A stretch of DNA of 39,028 bases, from positions 1-39,028 of the forward strand of contig DAISIS010000001.1 in the NCBI GenBank assembly GCA_036821925.1, given 5' to 3'. Below are positions 1 to 9,352 of the stretch, in pieces. The stretch is from Pirellulaceae bacterium (GTDB lineage Bacteria > Planctomycetota > Planctomycetia > Pirellulales > Pirellulaceae). Under the pieces are notes generated by a model. The model saw nothing but the letters and a program-made list of their open reading frames with translations. It did not search any database and was not told the origin of the DNA. The stretch's first letter is position 1, and every line of letters starts with the position of its first letter. The position numbers and the translations under genes are program-made.

Positions 1-693
1 CGTCTCGGGGGAACTGAGTACCGAGCCATTGACCAGCGACAGCGCGCCGTTGATCAGCGCGGAGGGGCCTACGTGTACGTCGATGAGCTCCGGGACGGAG
101 CGGATCGTCGCTCCGGCCCCGATGCAACCCTGCTCCCGGTGCGCGAGCTGCGCCGCGTCGTGCGCGAGTGTCTGGAGCCGGGCGATCAGCTGCGGGCGGT
201 AGCGGTGCAGGCACAGCAGGTACGCAAACTGCGACGACAACTCATTGAACAGGATGACTTCCCGGCCCCCTCCCTCGTTGATGACTTCGATCTCCAGGCC
301 GTTGCCGAACTGAGCGCCCGGCCGCACTTCGAGCAGCCCGACGTTCTCGAGCGCCGCGCCCGGGTCGATCCGGTAGTTGGCGATGTGCACCCCCACGTTC
401 ATGATCCGCACATGGTCGCCGACTACGCAGTCGCGCAGGCAGGCGTGCCGGATGCCGGCCGGCTGCGGCGGCACGGTCTGCGTCGTGCCGCCGGTCGCCC
501 CCAGATAGACCTGGCCGCCGAACTGGACGTCGACGACCCGCGCGGGATCGAATCCGTCCGCCACGCGCACACGCGACCAGTCCTCGTCCTCGGCCGCGCA
601 GCCCTGACGCTCCAGCGTCGTGATCTCACTGCCGGTGAGTGCCCGATAGTTGTGTAGTTCCGTCACGCGTCGTTCCTCGCTGACAAAGATCAT
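1..693 (-). CDS. DUF4954 family protein (beta-helix type), N-terminal part; the gene runs off the left edge
   Basis: Absent from the ORF track because it has no stop in the window. Reverse-strand translation from 666 gives VTELHNYRALTGSEITTLERQGCAAEDEDWSRVRVADGFDP...GIRHACLRDCVVGDHVRIMNVGVHIANYRIDPGAALENVG...VINEGGGREVILFNELSSQFAYLLCLHRYRPQLI. This matches the conserved DUF4954 N-terminus as I know it (YRxLTxxEIxxLxxQGCxAxDW, then hexapeptide-like turns). The start is GTG 666 or the in-frame ATG 693. Either one overlaps the ackA 3' end. Confidence 0.75.
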   Translation of the reverse strand, partial: MIFVSEERRVTELHNYRALTGSEITTLERQGCAAEDEDWSRVRVADGFDPARVVDVQFGGQVYLGATGGTTQTVPPQPAGIRHACLRDCVVGDHVRIMNVGVHIANYRIDPGAALENVGLLEVRPGAQFGNGLEIEVINEGGGREVILFNELSSQFAYLLCLHRYRPQLIARLQTLAHDAAQLAHREQGCIGAGATIRSVPELIDVHVGPSALINGALSLVNGSVLSSPET

Positions 694-1867
694 AGGTGTC
701 TGTGGCAATCACGACTTCCTCGTCGGTCGGCACAACCAGCAGCCGCACCCGGCTGTCCGCATGACTGATCGTGGCTTCGCCCCCCGCGGCGCTGTCGTTG
801 CGCTGCCGATCGAGGACGATCCCCAGCGGCTCCAGGTTGCTGCAGATTGCCGCCCGCACCCCCCGCGCACGCTCGCCGATGCCACCGGTGAAGCTGATCG
901 CATCGACCCGGCCGAGGACGGCCATGTAGGCGCCGATGTACTTGCGCACCCGGTAACAGAAGATGTCGATCGCCAGCTGCGCCCGCGAATTGCCCCCCGC
1001 TGCGGCGTCGGTCAGCGTCCGCATGTCGTTCGAGACGCCCGACACCCCCAGCAGCCCGCTCTGCTTGTTGCACAACCGGTTCAAGGACGCCAGGTCGTAG
1101 CCTTTGTCCGACAAGTAGAACAGAATGGCCGGATCGATGTCGCCGCTGCGCGTCCCCATCACCAGCCCCTCGAGCGGTGTCAGACCCATGGACGTGTCGA
1201 CGGACTGGCCGCACCGCACGGCCGTGATCGAACACCCGTTGCCCAGGTGCACGGTGATGCAGTTGGTGTCGGCCGGCGGCTGGTCCAGCAGTGCGGCGGT
1301 CCGCGCGGCGACGTAGCGATGCGATGAGCCATGGAACCCGTAACGCCGCACGCCGTACTGCTCGTAGACCGCGTACGGGAGTGCGTACAGATAGGCCACT
1401 GCGGGAATCGACGCGTGAAAGGCGGTGTCGAAACAGGCGACGTGCGGGATGTCCGGCAGCGCGTGCATGGCGGCCTGGATGCCCGTCAGATTGGCCGGAT
1501 TGTGCAGCGGCGCCAGGTCCACGCAGCGGGCGATCGAATCCAGCACAGCCTCGTCGATCAGCACCGAGCCGGTGAAGGCCTCGCCGCCGTGCACCACCCG
1601 ATGACCGACCGCCGCGATCGCGGGAGGGTCATCCAACGCTTGATCGCAGCTGCCCACCAGCGTCTGCAGGATCAGCTGCATCCCCGCATCATGGTCGGGA
1701 ATCGCCTGCTCGATGCGGCACACCCCCCGCACAGATTCCACCCGCAGCGACGATCCCACTTCGCCAATCCGCTCGGCCAGTCCCTTCGCCAATACCTGCC
1801 GCTCCGGCATGCGGTAAAGCTGGTACTTGATGGACGAACTGCCGCAGTTGACGACGAGGATCTTCAC
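626..1867 (-). CDS. ackA: acetate kinase
   Basis: 413 aa. Motifs seen: MKILVVNCGSSSIKYQLY, HRVVHGG, GFHGSSH, FTGGIGE, VVPTDEEVVIA. These are the classic ASKHA acetate-kinase motifs. Confidence 0.95.
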   Translation of the reverse strand: MKILVVNCGSSSIKYQLYRMPERQVLAKGLAERIGEVGSSLRVESVRGVCRIEQAIPDHDAGMQLILQTLVGSCDQALDDPPAIAAVGHRVVHGGEAFTGSVLIDEAVLDSIARCVDLAPLHNPANLTGIQAAMHALPDIPHVACFDTAFHASIPAVAYLYALPYAVYEQYGVRRYGFHGSSHRYVAARTAALLDQPPADTNCITVHLGNGCSITAVRCGQSVDTSMGLTPLEGLVMGTRSGDIDPAILFYLSDKGYDLASLNRLCNKQSGLLGVSGVSNDMRTLTDAAAGGNSRAQLAIDIFCYRVRKYIGAYMAVLGRVDAISFTGGIGERARGVRAAICSNLEPLGIVLDRQRNDSAAGGEATISHADSRVRLLVVPTDEEVVIATDTYDLCQRGTTRDGTTQLSGTHRQ

Positions 1868-1887
1868 GACTGGATTGCTCTCTTCTG

Positions 1888-2871
1888 TCAGGCCATCGCC
1901 AGCACGATGGCCGTTGTGGCCACGATATCCTGAGCGCTGGCACCGCGCGACAGGTCGCTGATCGGCCTGGCAAAACCCTGCAGAAACGGCCCGATCGCGC
2001 GCGCACCTGCCATGTACTGCGCCAGCTTGTAGGCCACGTTGCCTGTGTTCAAGTCCGGAAACACCAGCACGTTCGCCTGCCCAGCTACCTCGCTGGCGGC
2101 CTTCACCTTCTTGGCGGCCACTTCAGGCACGATTGCCGAATCCAGCTGGAACTCGCCGTCCAGGTAGGCCGACGGGGCCTTGGCCCGCGCCAACGCCAGC
2201 GCCTCGGTGACCTTGTCCACCAGCTCGTGCGCTGCTCTCCCCTGTGTCGAAAACGACACCATCGCGACCCGCGGCGCCTCCCCTAACAGCTTACTCGCAC
2301 TCCCGTGCGAAGCCAACGCAATGTCGGCCAGCTGCACAGCGGTCGGGGATACGGTCACCGCACAGTCCGCAAAGATGAACGCCCGATTCGCCTGCCCCCG
2401 GAACTCGGGCAGCACCATCAGAAAGAAACTCGAAACCGTGTCGATGCCCGGACTCAGTCCGATCGTTAACGCGCCGGCCTGGATGACCGTGGCCGTCGCA
2501 TGCGCCACGCCCGCCACCATCGCGTCGGCTTCGCCCAGGGCGACCATCATCCCGCCATAGAACAGCGGCTTCTTGACCATGCGCCGCGCAATACCTTCCT
2601 TCACCTCACGGCGCTCGGCATACGCCCGCACATGAGCGTCGAATTCCGGATCGTGCTCCGGCGCCACACAGCGGAGATCGGTGCACACAACACCCGCCGT
2701 GCGGGCCGCCGCCTCCACCTGCTCCGGACTGCCCAGCAGAATCGGCCGGGCAATGCCCTCGTCCTGCAAACGCCGCGCGGCTGCCACCACCCGCGCATCG
2801 TCCCCCTCCGGCAACACAACCGTGCGCGGACGACGCCGCGCTTCATCATAGAATCTGTCGAGAATGTCCAT
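1888..2871 (-). CDS. pta: phosphate acetyltransferase (short form)
   Basis: 327 aa. Contains VVLPEGDDARVVAAARRL, ILLG, PLFYGGMMV and a C-terminal SRGAS..DIV block. It lies 20 nt upstream of ackA on the same strand. Confidence 0.93.
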   Translation of the reverse strand: MDILDRFYDEARRRPRTVVLPEGDDARVVAAARRLQDEGIARPILLGSPEQVEAAARTAGVVCTDLRCVAPEHDPEFDAHVRAYAERREVKEGIARRMVKKPLFYGGMMVALGEADAMVAGVAHATATVIQAGALTIGLSPGIDTVSSFFLMVLPEFRGQANRAFIFADCAVTVSPTAVQLADIALASHGSASKLLGEAPRVAMVSFSTQGRAAHELVDKVTEALALARAKAPSAYLDGEFQLDSAIVPEVAAKKVKAASEVAGQANVLVFPDLNTGNVAYKLAQYMAGARAIGPFLQGFARPISDLSRGASAQDIVATTAIVLAMA

Positions 2872-2998
2872 GGCTCACCCAGTTGTCCGGTTCTGACGCT
2901 TGGACTTCAGCTTGAAGATCGCGGCCTCCGATCGCTCACATACGCGGCACGCCCCGCCAGTCCGGCCCAGGTCCGGCAGGCCGCCTCTAGAACCCGCG

Positions 2999-3027
2999 AT
3001 TAGAATCTCACAGCGCGTGCCTGGCAA
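2999..3027 (-). promoter_or_regulatory. candidate sigma-70-type promoter for pta-ackA
   Basis: The minus strand reads TTGCCA (3027-3022), a 17-nt spacer, then TCTAAT (3004-2999). This is about 120 nt upstream of the pta ATG. Support is a consensus match only. Confidence 0.35.
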
Positions 3028-3221
3028 GTCGGCTCGATGTCTGGAGGTCTGGTTAATATGGGGCCTGTGTGTGGATTGGCTGGACCTTGACGATGGCAGG
3101 CAAAGCTCTTCTCTTTCGGGCCGAAGTTGTTCGATGATGGAGAACGAGTACCCATACATGGGCGGCGGTCAATGTCTGGGTGACTTTCCCTGCAAGATCA
3201 TACCCCATGGGAGGGATTATC

Positions 3222-3926
3222 ATGCGACTCTCACGCAATTGCCTGGTGGTTATCAGTCTGGTGTTGGGAGCGACTCCCACCGTGCTGGCGCAGCACAGTG
3301 CCGGGCTGCGGGGCACGGAATGCGGGTGTGGCACTTGCGGGGCCGGTTACCGAGCTCAGGGGTGTTGCCCGTCACTGGTATCCAGTGTCACCCAGGGGAT
3401 CCACGACGTGCTGGGTTGTTTGTTCTGCTGCCCGGGGCTTAATGCCCGGCACGACATCTATCGGGCGGCGCTCAATCGCAATGACTTCGGCAAGTGCAAC
3501 AAGTTCGTGCCGATCTACACGCCCCAGATGTGCTGCTGCGGTCGCGTGAGCCAGACCTGTCCGAGTTGCGGCCCTGCCGGCGGGATGCCGAGCGAGGAAG
3601 TGCTCGAGATGCAGGACGTGCCGGAGGGGATGCCGCTGGAGCCGACGCCGGCGGTCGAACCCGCGACGCCTCCGACGCCGGCCGACGCGGTGCCGCCGCA
3701 GGCACGGCGCAGCCGGACGCCGTCGGATTCCCGGCCCGCCGCCGCCCATCGGGCAGCGCCCCGCGCGCCTTCGACCAAGACGGCGCGTGAGGCCACGAAA
3801 CGGGACCGCATCGTGCGCGCAGAGGTACGGGATGAGACGCCGCGCGGATCCCAGCCGTCGACGAGTCTGATTCAGCGCACGATGCTGCTGCAGACTGGGG
3901 CCACGGCGCCTGCCGTCCGCAAGTAG
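3222..3926 (+). CDS. secreted cysteine-rich protein with a Pro/Ala/Arg-rich disordered C-terminal half (hypothetical)
   Basis: GGGAGGG Shine-Dalgarno at 3209-3215, 6 nt before ATG 3222. Signal peptide MRLSRNCLVVISLVLGATPTVLAQ. There are 14 Cys in the next ~100 residues (CGCGTCG, GCCP, CLFCCPG, KCN, MCCCG, CPSCG). I recognise no family. Confidence 0.6.
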   Translation: MRLSRNCLVVISLVLGATPTVLAQHSAGLRGTECGCGTCGAGYRAQGCCPSLVSSVTQGIHDVLGCLFCCPGLNARHDIYRAALNRNDFGKCNKFVPIYTPQMCCCGRVSQTCPSCGPAGGMPSEEVLEMQDVPEGMPLEPTPAVEPATPPTPADAVPPQARRSRTPSDSRPAAAHRAAPRAPSTKTAREATKRDRIVRAEVRDETPRGSQPSTSLIQRTMLLQTGATAPAVRK

Positions 3927-3962
3927 CTTGCCGCCCGAGAGGGACCCGGCCCGCAACGCCGT

Positions 3963-5039
3963 TCAGATCACGTACTCGGGGCCGAACACGCGGACCTTCC
4001 GGGGCGACACATAGACCGTCTCCCCCGGCTGCAGGTTGATCTCCTGATAGCGCTCGAACGGCAGGTCCACCTGAATTTCGCTGCCCCCTTCGATGGTGAG
4101 CGTAATCTTGGCGAAGGAGCCGGCCGGATTGATCCGCACGACGCGGGCCGGCAGGTTTGGCGCAGCGTTCGGTTCCCGGCGCACCTCCAGCTCGTGGGGC
4201 CGCACGTAGACGTTCGCCGAGCCGCCCGGATGCCGGGACAGTCCCGGCACGTCGACGGTCATGCCGCCCAGCACGGCGCGGCCGTGCTCGATGCGGCCCG
4301 GGAACACATTGACGTCGCCCAGGAAGTCCATCACGAACTCGGACGCCGGATTGTGGAACACGTAGGCGGGCGTGCCTTCCTGTTCGATGCGGGCCTGGTT
4401 CATCACGACGACGCGATCGGACACCGCCAGCGCTTCTTCCTGGTCGTGCGTCACCAGGACGGTGGTCATGTGCAGCTTGTCGTGCAGGCGGCGGAGCCAG
4501 TTGCGCAGCCCCTGACGCACTTTCGCGTCCAGCGCTCCAAACGGTTCATCGAGCAGCAGGACGCGGGGTTCGATGGCCAGGGCCCGGGCCAGCGCCACAC
4601 GCTGCCGCTGCCCGCCGGAGAGCTGTGCCGGATAACGCTGACCGAAGGCTTCCAGCTGGATCAGCCGCAACAGCTCCGTGACGCGGTGGTGGATCTCCGC
4701 GCGCGGAGGGCGCTGCTGGCGCGGGCGGACGCGGAGCCCGAAGGCGATGTTCTCGTACACGGTCATGTGCTTGAACAGCGCGTAGTGCTGGAAGACGAAC
4801 CCCACCTGCCGCTGGCCGGCCTGCCGCCGCGCCACGTCCTCGCCGTGGAACAGCACCGCACTGCGGCCGTCATCGTCGGGGATTTCCAGCCCGGCGATGA
4901 TGCGCAGCAGCGTCGTCTTACCCGACCCGGACGGACCGAGCAGGCCGACGAGTTCGCCGTCGTCCACCTTCATGCTGACGTCCCGCAGCGCCGTGAACGT
5001 GCCGAACGTCTTGGTGACGTGACGCACTTCGATGCTCAT
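3963..5039 (-). CDS. cysA: sulfate/thiosulfate ABC transporter ATP-binding protein
   Basis: Begins [13 protein letters not shown]. Walker [10 protein letters not shown], signature [15 protein letters not shown], Walker [12 protein letters not shown], plus a C-terminal TOBE-like domain. ATG 5039 overlaps the cysW stop (ATGA). The 696-aa track ORF is an upstream read-through of this frame. Confidence 0.93.
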   Translation of the reverse strand: MSIEVRHVTKTFGTFTALRDVSMKVDDGELVGLLGPSGSGKTTLLRIIAGLEIPDDDGRSAVLFHGEDVARRQAGQRQVGFVFQHYALFKHMTVYENIAFGLRVRPRQQRPPRAEIHHRVTELLRLIQLEAFGQRYPAQLSGGQRQRVALARALAIEPRVLLLDEPFGALDAKVRQGLRNWLRRLHDKLHMTTVLVTHDQEEALAVSDRVVVMNQARIEQEGTPAYVFHNPASEFVMDFLGDVNVFPGRIEHGRAVLGGMTVDVPGLSRHPGGSANVYVRPHELEVRREPNAAPNLPARVVRINPAGSFAKITLTIEGGSEIQVDLPFERYQEINLQPGETVYVSPRKVRVFGPEYVI

Positions 5040-5938
5040 GACAGGCCCTCCACCGTCGTCGGCTCCAGGGTTTCGCGGAGTTGCTGCTGCACCTTCCATT
5101 CGAGGAAGCTCTTGGCGGCCAGCGTCACCAGCCCGAGGAAGGCGAGCAGCGATGCCATGGCGAACGCGGCCGCAACGTTGTACTCGTTGTAGAGAATCTC
5201 CACGTGCAGCGGGATGGTGTTCGTCTTGCCGCGGATGTGCCCTGACACGACCGACACAGCGCCGAACTCGCCCATCGCGCGGGCGTTGCAGAGAATGACG
5301 CCGTAGAGCACGCCCCACTTGATGTTCGGCAGGGTCACACGCCAGAACGTCTGCCAGCCGCCCGCCCCCAGCGAAATCGCCGCCTGCTCCTCGTCCTTGC
5401 CCTGCTCCTGCATCAGCGGGATCAGCTCGCGGGCCACAAACGGAAAGGTCACAAACACCGTGGCCAACACGATCCCCGGCACCGCAAAGATGATCTGGAT
5501 GTCGTGCCGCGACAACCACGGACCCAGCCACCCCTGCATGCCGAACAGCAACACGTAGATCAGACCCGAGATGACCGGCGAGACGGCAAACGGCAGATCG
5601 ATCAGTGTGATCAGCACGCTCTTGCCCCGGAACTCGAACTTGGCGATCGCCCACGATGCGGCCAGGCCAAACACCAGATTCAGCGGCAATGCGATGGCCG
5701 TGGTGATCAGTGTCAGCTTGATGGCCTGCCAGGCCGCCGGTTCCCGCACGCTCCGCACATAGGCGCCGACCCCGTCGCGGAACGCCTCCGTGAAGACCAC
5801 CGCCAGCGGCAGCACCAGGAACAGTCCCACGAAGCCGCAGGCGATGGCGACGAGCACGATCTTGAGCCACAGCGGATCGTCGGCCGCCGCCCGGCGGGCA
5901 GTCGGCACTCGACGCGGTGGCGCAGCTGGACCGGGCAT
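5036..5938 (-). CDS. cysW: sulfate ABC transporter permease CysW
   Basis: Multi-TM permease with the EAA loop [27 protein letters not shown] and [16 protein letters not shown] 5938 lies 2 nt after the cysT stop. The alternative GTG 5977 would overlap cysT. Confidence 0.9.
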   Translation of the reverse strand: MPGPAAPPRRVPTARRAAADDPLWLKIVLVAIACGFVGLFLVLPLAVVFTEAFRDGVGAYVRSVREPAAWQAIKLTLITTAIALPLNLVFGLAASWAIAKFEFRGKSVLITLIDLPFAVSPVISGLIYVLLFGMQGWLGPWLSRHDIQIIFAVPGIVLATVFVTFPFVARELIPLMQEQGKDEEQAAISLGAGGWQTFWRVTLPNIKWGVLYGVILCNARAMGEFGAVSVVSGHIRGKTNTIPLHVEILYNEYNVAAAFAMASLLAFLGLVTLAAKSFLEWKVQQQLRETLEPTTVEGLS

Positions 5939-5940
5939 GC

Positions 5941-6780
5941 TCAGACTCCCCTCTGGTAACCGCGACTGACCCACCACTGGAACGTGTTGATCGCCAGCAG
6001 GATGACAAAGGACGCGACCAGCATCGTGGCGGCGATGGCCGTCGCGCCCGCATAGTCGTATTGCTCCAGCTTGGTCACGATCAGCAGAGACGTGATTTCC
6101 GTCTTGAGCGGCATGTTGCCGGCGATGAACACGACGGAACCGTATTCCCCCAGGGCGCGGGCGAACGCCAACGCAAACCCGGTCACGACCGCCGGCAACA
6201 CGCTCGGCACGATCACGCGCCAGAAGGCCTGCCAGCGCGTCGCGCCCAGACTGGCCGCTGCCTGCTCCGCCTCATCGTCCAGTTCCTCCAGCGCCGGCTG
6301 CACCGTGCGAACGACAAACGGCAGCCCGATGAACGTCAGCGCGATGGTGATCCCCAGCGGCGAGAAGGCCGCTTTGATCCCCAGCGGCTCCAGGTGCCGA
6401 CCCAGCCAGCCGTGCTGCGAGTAGATGGTGGTCAACGCAATCCCAGAGACCGCCGTCGGCAACGCGAACGGAAGATCGACCAGGGCATCGAGCAGTCGAC
6501 GACCGGGAAAACGATAACGCACCAGGCACCAGGCGACGATGAACCCGAACACCACGTTCACTGCGGCACCCACCAGCGATGTGCCGAGCGTCAGCCGGTA
6601 CGACGCCACCACCCGCGGCTGCGTGACGATGTCCCAGAGTTCCTCCCAGGACAGCGCCGCCGAACGCACGAACAGGGCCGAGAGCGGAAGCAGCACCACC
6701 AGACTCAGATACAGCAGGGTGTACCCCAGCGTCAGGCCGAATCCCGGTATCACGCTCGGTTGTTTCCATCCCCACCGCAT
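5941..6780 (-). CDS. cysT: sulfate ABC transporter permease CysT
   Basis: 279 aa. Contains [23 protein letters not shown] and [12 protein letters not shown], typical of CysT. Confidence 0.9.
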   Translation of the reverse strand: MRWGWKQPSVIPGFGLTLGYTLLYLSLVVLLPLSALFVRSAALSWEELWDIVTQPRVVASYRLTLGTSLVGAAVNVVFGFIVAWCLVRYRFPGRRLLDALVDLPFALPTAVSGIALTTIYSQHGWLGRHLEPLGIKAAFSPLGITIALTFIGLPFVVRTVQPALEELDDEAEQAAASLGATRWQAFWRVIVPSVLPAVVTGFALAFARALGEYGSVVFIAGNMPLKTEITSLLIVTKLEQYDYAGATAIAATMLVASFVILLAINTFQWWVSRGYQRGV

Positions 6781-6816
6781 AGCGGCGTCCTCGCAATCCG
6801 TCGGCCCGTCCGGCGC

Positions 6817-7920
6817 TTACTGCCCCGGCTGATAGATCTGGTCAAATACACCGCCATCGTCGAAATGCTCGGCCTGGGCCTGTTTCCAGCTGCCACACAC
6901 CTGTTCAATCGTAAACAGTTCGAGTTCCGCGAACTGCGCGAGATCGTCGGCCGGGACCTCCCGGGGGTCCACGGGGCGGTAATGGTACTTCGCGGCCAAC
7001 TGCTGGCCCCGCGCTGAGTACAGGTACTGCAGATACGCCTCCGCGACCGCGGTCGTCCCGTGCCGCGCCGCAAACTTGTCGATGACCGCCACCGGCGGCT
7101 CCGCCAGAATGCTGATCGACGGCACGACAATCTCCACATCCTGCGGACCCAGATCCTTCACAGCCAGGAACGCCTCGTTCTCCCAGGCGAGCAGCACGTC
7201 GCCAATCCCCCGCTGAATGAACGTGTTGGTCGAGCCGCGTGCACCAGTGTCCAACACCGCCACCCGCTGGAACAAGGCTGTGACGAACTGCCGGGCCTTG
7301 TCCTGCGCCGCCCGCACCGCGTCCGCGGCGGCCGGATCGTGCAGTTGCGCCAGATCCTGCAGCTCGCGATGCAGCACGTAACCCCAGGCCGCCAGATAGT
7401 TCCACCGCGCTCCGCCACTCGTCTTGGGATTGGGCGTGATGACCGTGACGTCATCTTTGACCAGATCGTCCCAGTCCCGGATCTGCTTGGGGTTCCCCTT
7501 GCGCACCAGAAACACAATCGTCGACCGGTAAGGCGCACTGTTGTGCGGCAGTCGCTGCTGCCAGTCGGCCGGCAACAGACCCGACTTCTCGGCAATGATG
7601 TCGATGTCGTAGGCCAGGGCGAGCGTGACGACATCGGCCTCGTTGCCGTCGATGACCGAACGCGCCTGCTTGCCCGATCCGGCGTGCGATTGGTCGATCG
7701 TCACCACCTGACCCGTGTCCGCTTTCCACTGCTCCGCAAAAGCCGCGTTGAACTCCTGATAAAACTCCCGCGTCGGATCGTACGACACGTTGAGCATATT
7801 CACCTTCCGCCCGCCACCACCGGCGTCAGTGCCCGACGTACCCGCCCGATCGCAGCCCGCGATACCCACCAGGATGGCGAAACACCCCAGCCCCGCTCTC
7901 CACACGCCCGCACCCGTCAT
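6817..7920 (-). CDS. sbp: sulfate/thiosulfate-binding periplasmic lipoprotein
   Basis: Lipobox LVGIAGC. Sbp/CysP-like body ([48 protein letters not shown]). It is the first gene of the sbp-cysTWA operon. Confidence 0.9.
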   Translation of the reverse strand: MTGAGVWRAGLGCFAILVGIAGCDRAGTSGTDAGGGGRKVNMLNVSYDPTREFYQEFNAAFAEQWKADTGQVVTIDQSHAGSGKQARSVIDGNEADVVTLALAYDIDIIAEKSGLLPADWQQRLPHNSAPYRSTIVFLVRKGNPKQIRDWDDLVKDDVTVITPNPKTSGGARWNYLAAWGYVLHRELQDLAQLHDPAAADAVRAAQDKARQFVTALFQRVAVLDTGARGSTNTFIQRGIGDVLLAWENEAFLAVKDLGPQDVEIVVPSISILAEPPVAVIDKFAARHGTTAVAEAYLQYLYSARGQQLAAKYHYRPVDPREVPADDLAQFAELELFTIEQVCGSWKQAQAEHFDDGGVFDQIYQPGQ

Positions 7921-8070
7921 GGTCCATTCCTTCTTGTATCTGCCTGCCTGCTGCCGGCCTGCTCAACGCCCGATCCTCGATTTGTCCATACGTGGACTTG
8001 GTGATTGAACAATGCAACGCGCGTGCCGGCCGGCGCCCTCCCCGCGGCAGGTGCCCGAAACCGCGGCCGC

Positions 8071-8099
8071 ATTATCGGGATCCCGCCCCAATTCAGCAA
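8071..8099 (-). promoter_or_regulatory. candidate sigma-70-type promoter of the sbp-cysTWA operon
   Basis: The minus strand reads TTGCTG (8099-8094), a 17-nt spacer, then GATAAT (8076-8071). This is about 150 nt upstream of the sbp ATG, which has AAGGA 9 nt before it. Consensus match only. Confidence 0.35.
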
Positions 8100-8101
8100 G
8101 G

Positions 8102-8117
8102 CCGTGATATATAACGG
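8102..8117. promoter_or_regulatory. 16-bp palindromic operator-like site, copy 1A (CCGTGATATATAACGG)
   Basis: An AT-rich core flanked by CCGT/ACGG, directly abutting the -35 of the candidate sbp promoter. With its GG flank, 16 of 18 positions are identical to copy 1B at 12259-12276. Confidence 0.4.
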
Positions 8118-8143
8118 ACGAGGCTAGGGTATGTTACAGGATT

Positions 8144-8159
8144 CCGTGATATTTCACGT
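8144..8159. promoter_or_regulatory. 16-bp palindromic operator-like site, copy 2A (CCGTGATATTTCACGT)
   Basis: CGTGA-TATT-TCACG is a perfect 5-4-5 inverted repeat. 14 of 15 positions are identical to copy 2B at 12285-12299. Confidence 0.4.
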
Positions 8160-8193
8160 CACCGGCCGCTGCGTCGGCGGCAGCGTGGTGGGT

Positions 8194-9348
8194 TCATCCG
8201 GCGTCGAGCGCGTCGAGGGCCTGATCCAGGTCGTGTTGCAGGTCCGCGACGTCTTCGAGTCCTACGGACAGTCGGATGAGGCCGTCGGAGATGCCGTGCC
8301 GCTGCCGATCGCTGGGGTCATAGCTGGCGTGGGACATGGAGGCCGGCTGTTCGATGAGCGACTCGACGGCCCCGAGGCTGACGGCCAGCTGGAACAACTG
8401 CGTGCTTTGCGCCACGCGTCGGGCCTGGTCGAAACTGCCCCGCAATTCGAAGCTCAGCATGGCCCCGAATGCGCCGTCCATCTGGCGTTGGGCCAGCGCG
8501 TGCCCCGGGTGCGAGGGCAGGCCCGGGTAGAGGACGCGGTCGATCCGCGGGTCGTTGGCCAGCCATTGCGCCAGCTGCCAGGCCGTGGCGCTCTGGGCCC
8601 GCACGCGGAGATCGAGTGTTTTGAGTCCGCGGCTGAGCAGGAAGGAGTCGAACGGACCGAGCACGCCGCCGGTGGCGTTCTGGACAAAGTACAGTCGGGC
8701 GAGCAGTTCGGGGTCGCGCACGACCAGTGCGCCCCCCAGCAAGTCGCTATGGCCGCCCAGGTACTTGGTGGCCGAGTGCATCACGATGTCGGCACCGAGT
8801 TCGAGGGGGCGCGTGAGCACGGGGCTGGCGAACGTGTTGTCGACCCCCAGCAGCGCGCCGTGCTGGTGGGCCAGTTCAGCGCAGGCCCGGATATCGCTGA
8901 TGGTCAGTCGCGGGTTGCCCGGGTTTTCGATCCAGACCAGTCTGGTGCGGGGTGTCAGGCCGGTGGTGAACGTCTCGAGTCGTGTGCTGTCGGCCAGCGT
9001 GATGTCGATTCCCGCGCGCGGCGTGATCTTGTGGAACAGGCGGTAGGTCCCGCCGTAGATGTCGGTGCCGGCGAGGATATGGTCGCTGTGCTGCAGCAGC
9101 ATGGTAACGCAATGGATAGCGGCCATGCCGGAGGCGAAGGCCAGCGCGCCGCAGCCGGATTCGAGGGAGGCGAGTGTGGTCTCGACAGCCTGCCGCGTCG
9201 GGTTGCCGCTCCGCGCATAGTCGAACTGGCCCCACTGCCCGGCCCCCGGCTGCACATAGGTGGACGCGACGTGGATCGGCGGCACGACCGCGCCAGTCTG
9301 GGGGTCGGGCGCATTGCCGGCGTGGATGGCGCGGGTGCGGAATTTCAT
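8194..9348 (-). CDS. Cys/Met-metabolism PLP-dependent enzyme (cystathionine beta-lyase / gamma-synthase / gamma-lyase family)
   Basis: 384 aa. Contains MKFRTRAIHAG, YARSGNPTR and the PLP-lysine block HSATKYLGGHSDLLGG. The exact reaction cannot be assigned by eye. Confidence 0.9.
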   Translation of the reverse strand: MKFRTRAIHAGNAPDPQTGAVVPPIHVASTYVQPGAGQWGQFDYARSGNPTRQAVETTLASLESGCGALAFASGMAAIHCVTMLLQHSDHILAGTDIYGGTYRLFHKITPRAGIDITLADSTRLETFTTGLTPRTRLVWIENPGNPRLTISDIRACAELAHQHGALLGVDNTFASPVLTRPLELGADIVMHSATKYLGGHSDLLGGALVVRDPELLARLYFVQNATGGVLGPFDSFLLSRGLKTLDLRVRAQSATAWQLAQWLANDPRIDRVLYPGLPSHPGHALAQRQMDGAFGAMLSFELRGSFDQARRVAQSTQLFQLAVSLGAVESLIEQPASMSHASYDPSDRQRHGISDGLIRLSVGLEDVADLQHDLDQALDALDAG

Positions 9349-9352
9349 GCGA

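Noticed and set aside
5040-6053. N-terminal 338-residue extension of the cysA frame (the track ORF 3963-6053 is 696 aa)
   Set aside because: The extension overlaps cysW and cysT in another frame and is Arg/Gly/Ala junk. The canonical CysA N-terminus [13 protein letters not shown] begins at ATG 5039, with an ATGA overlap to the cysW stop.
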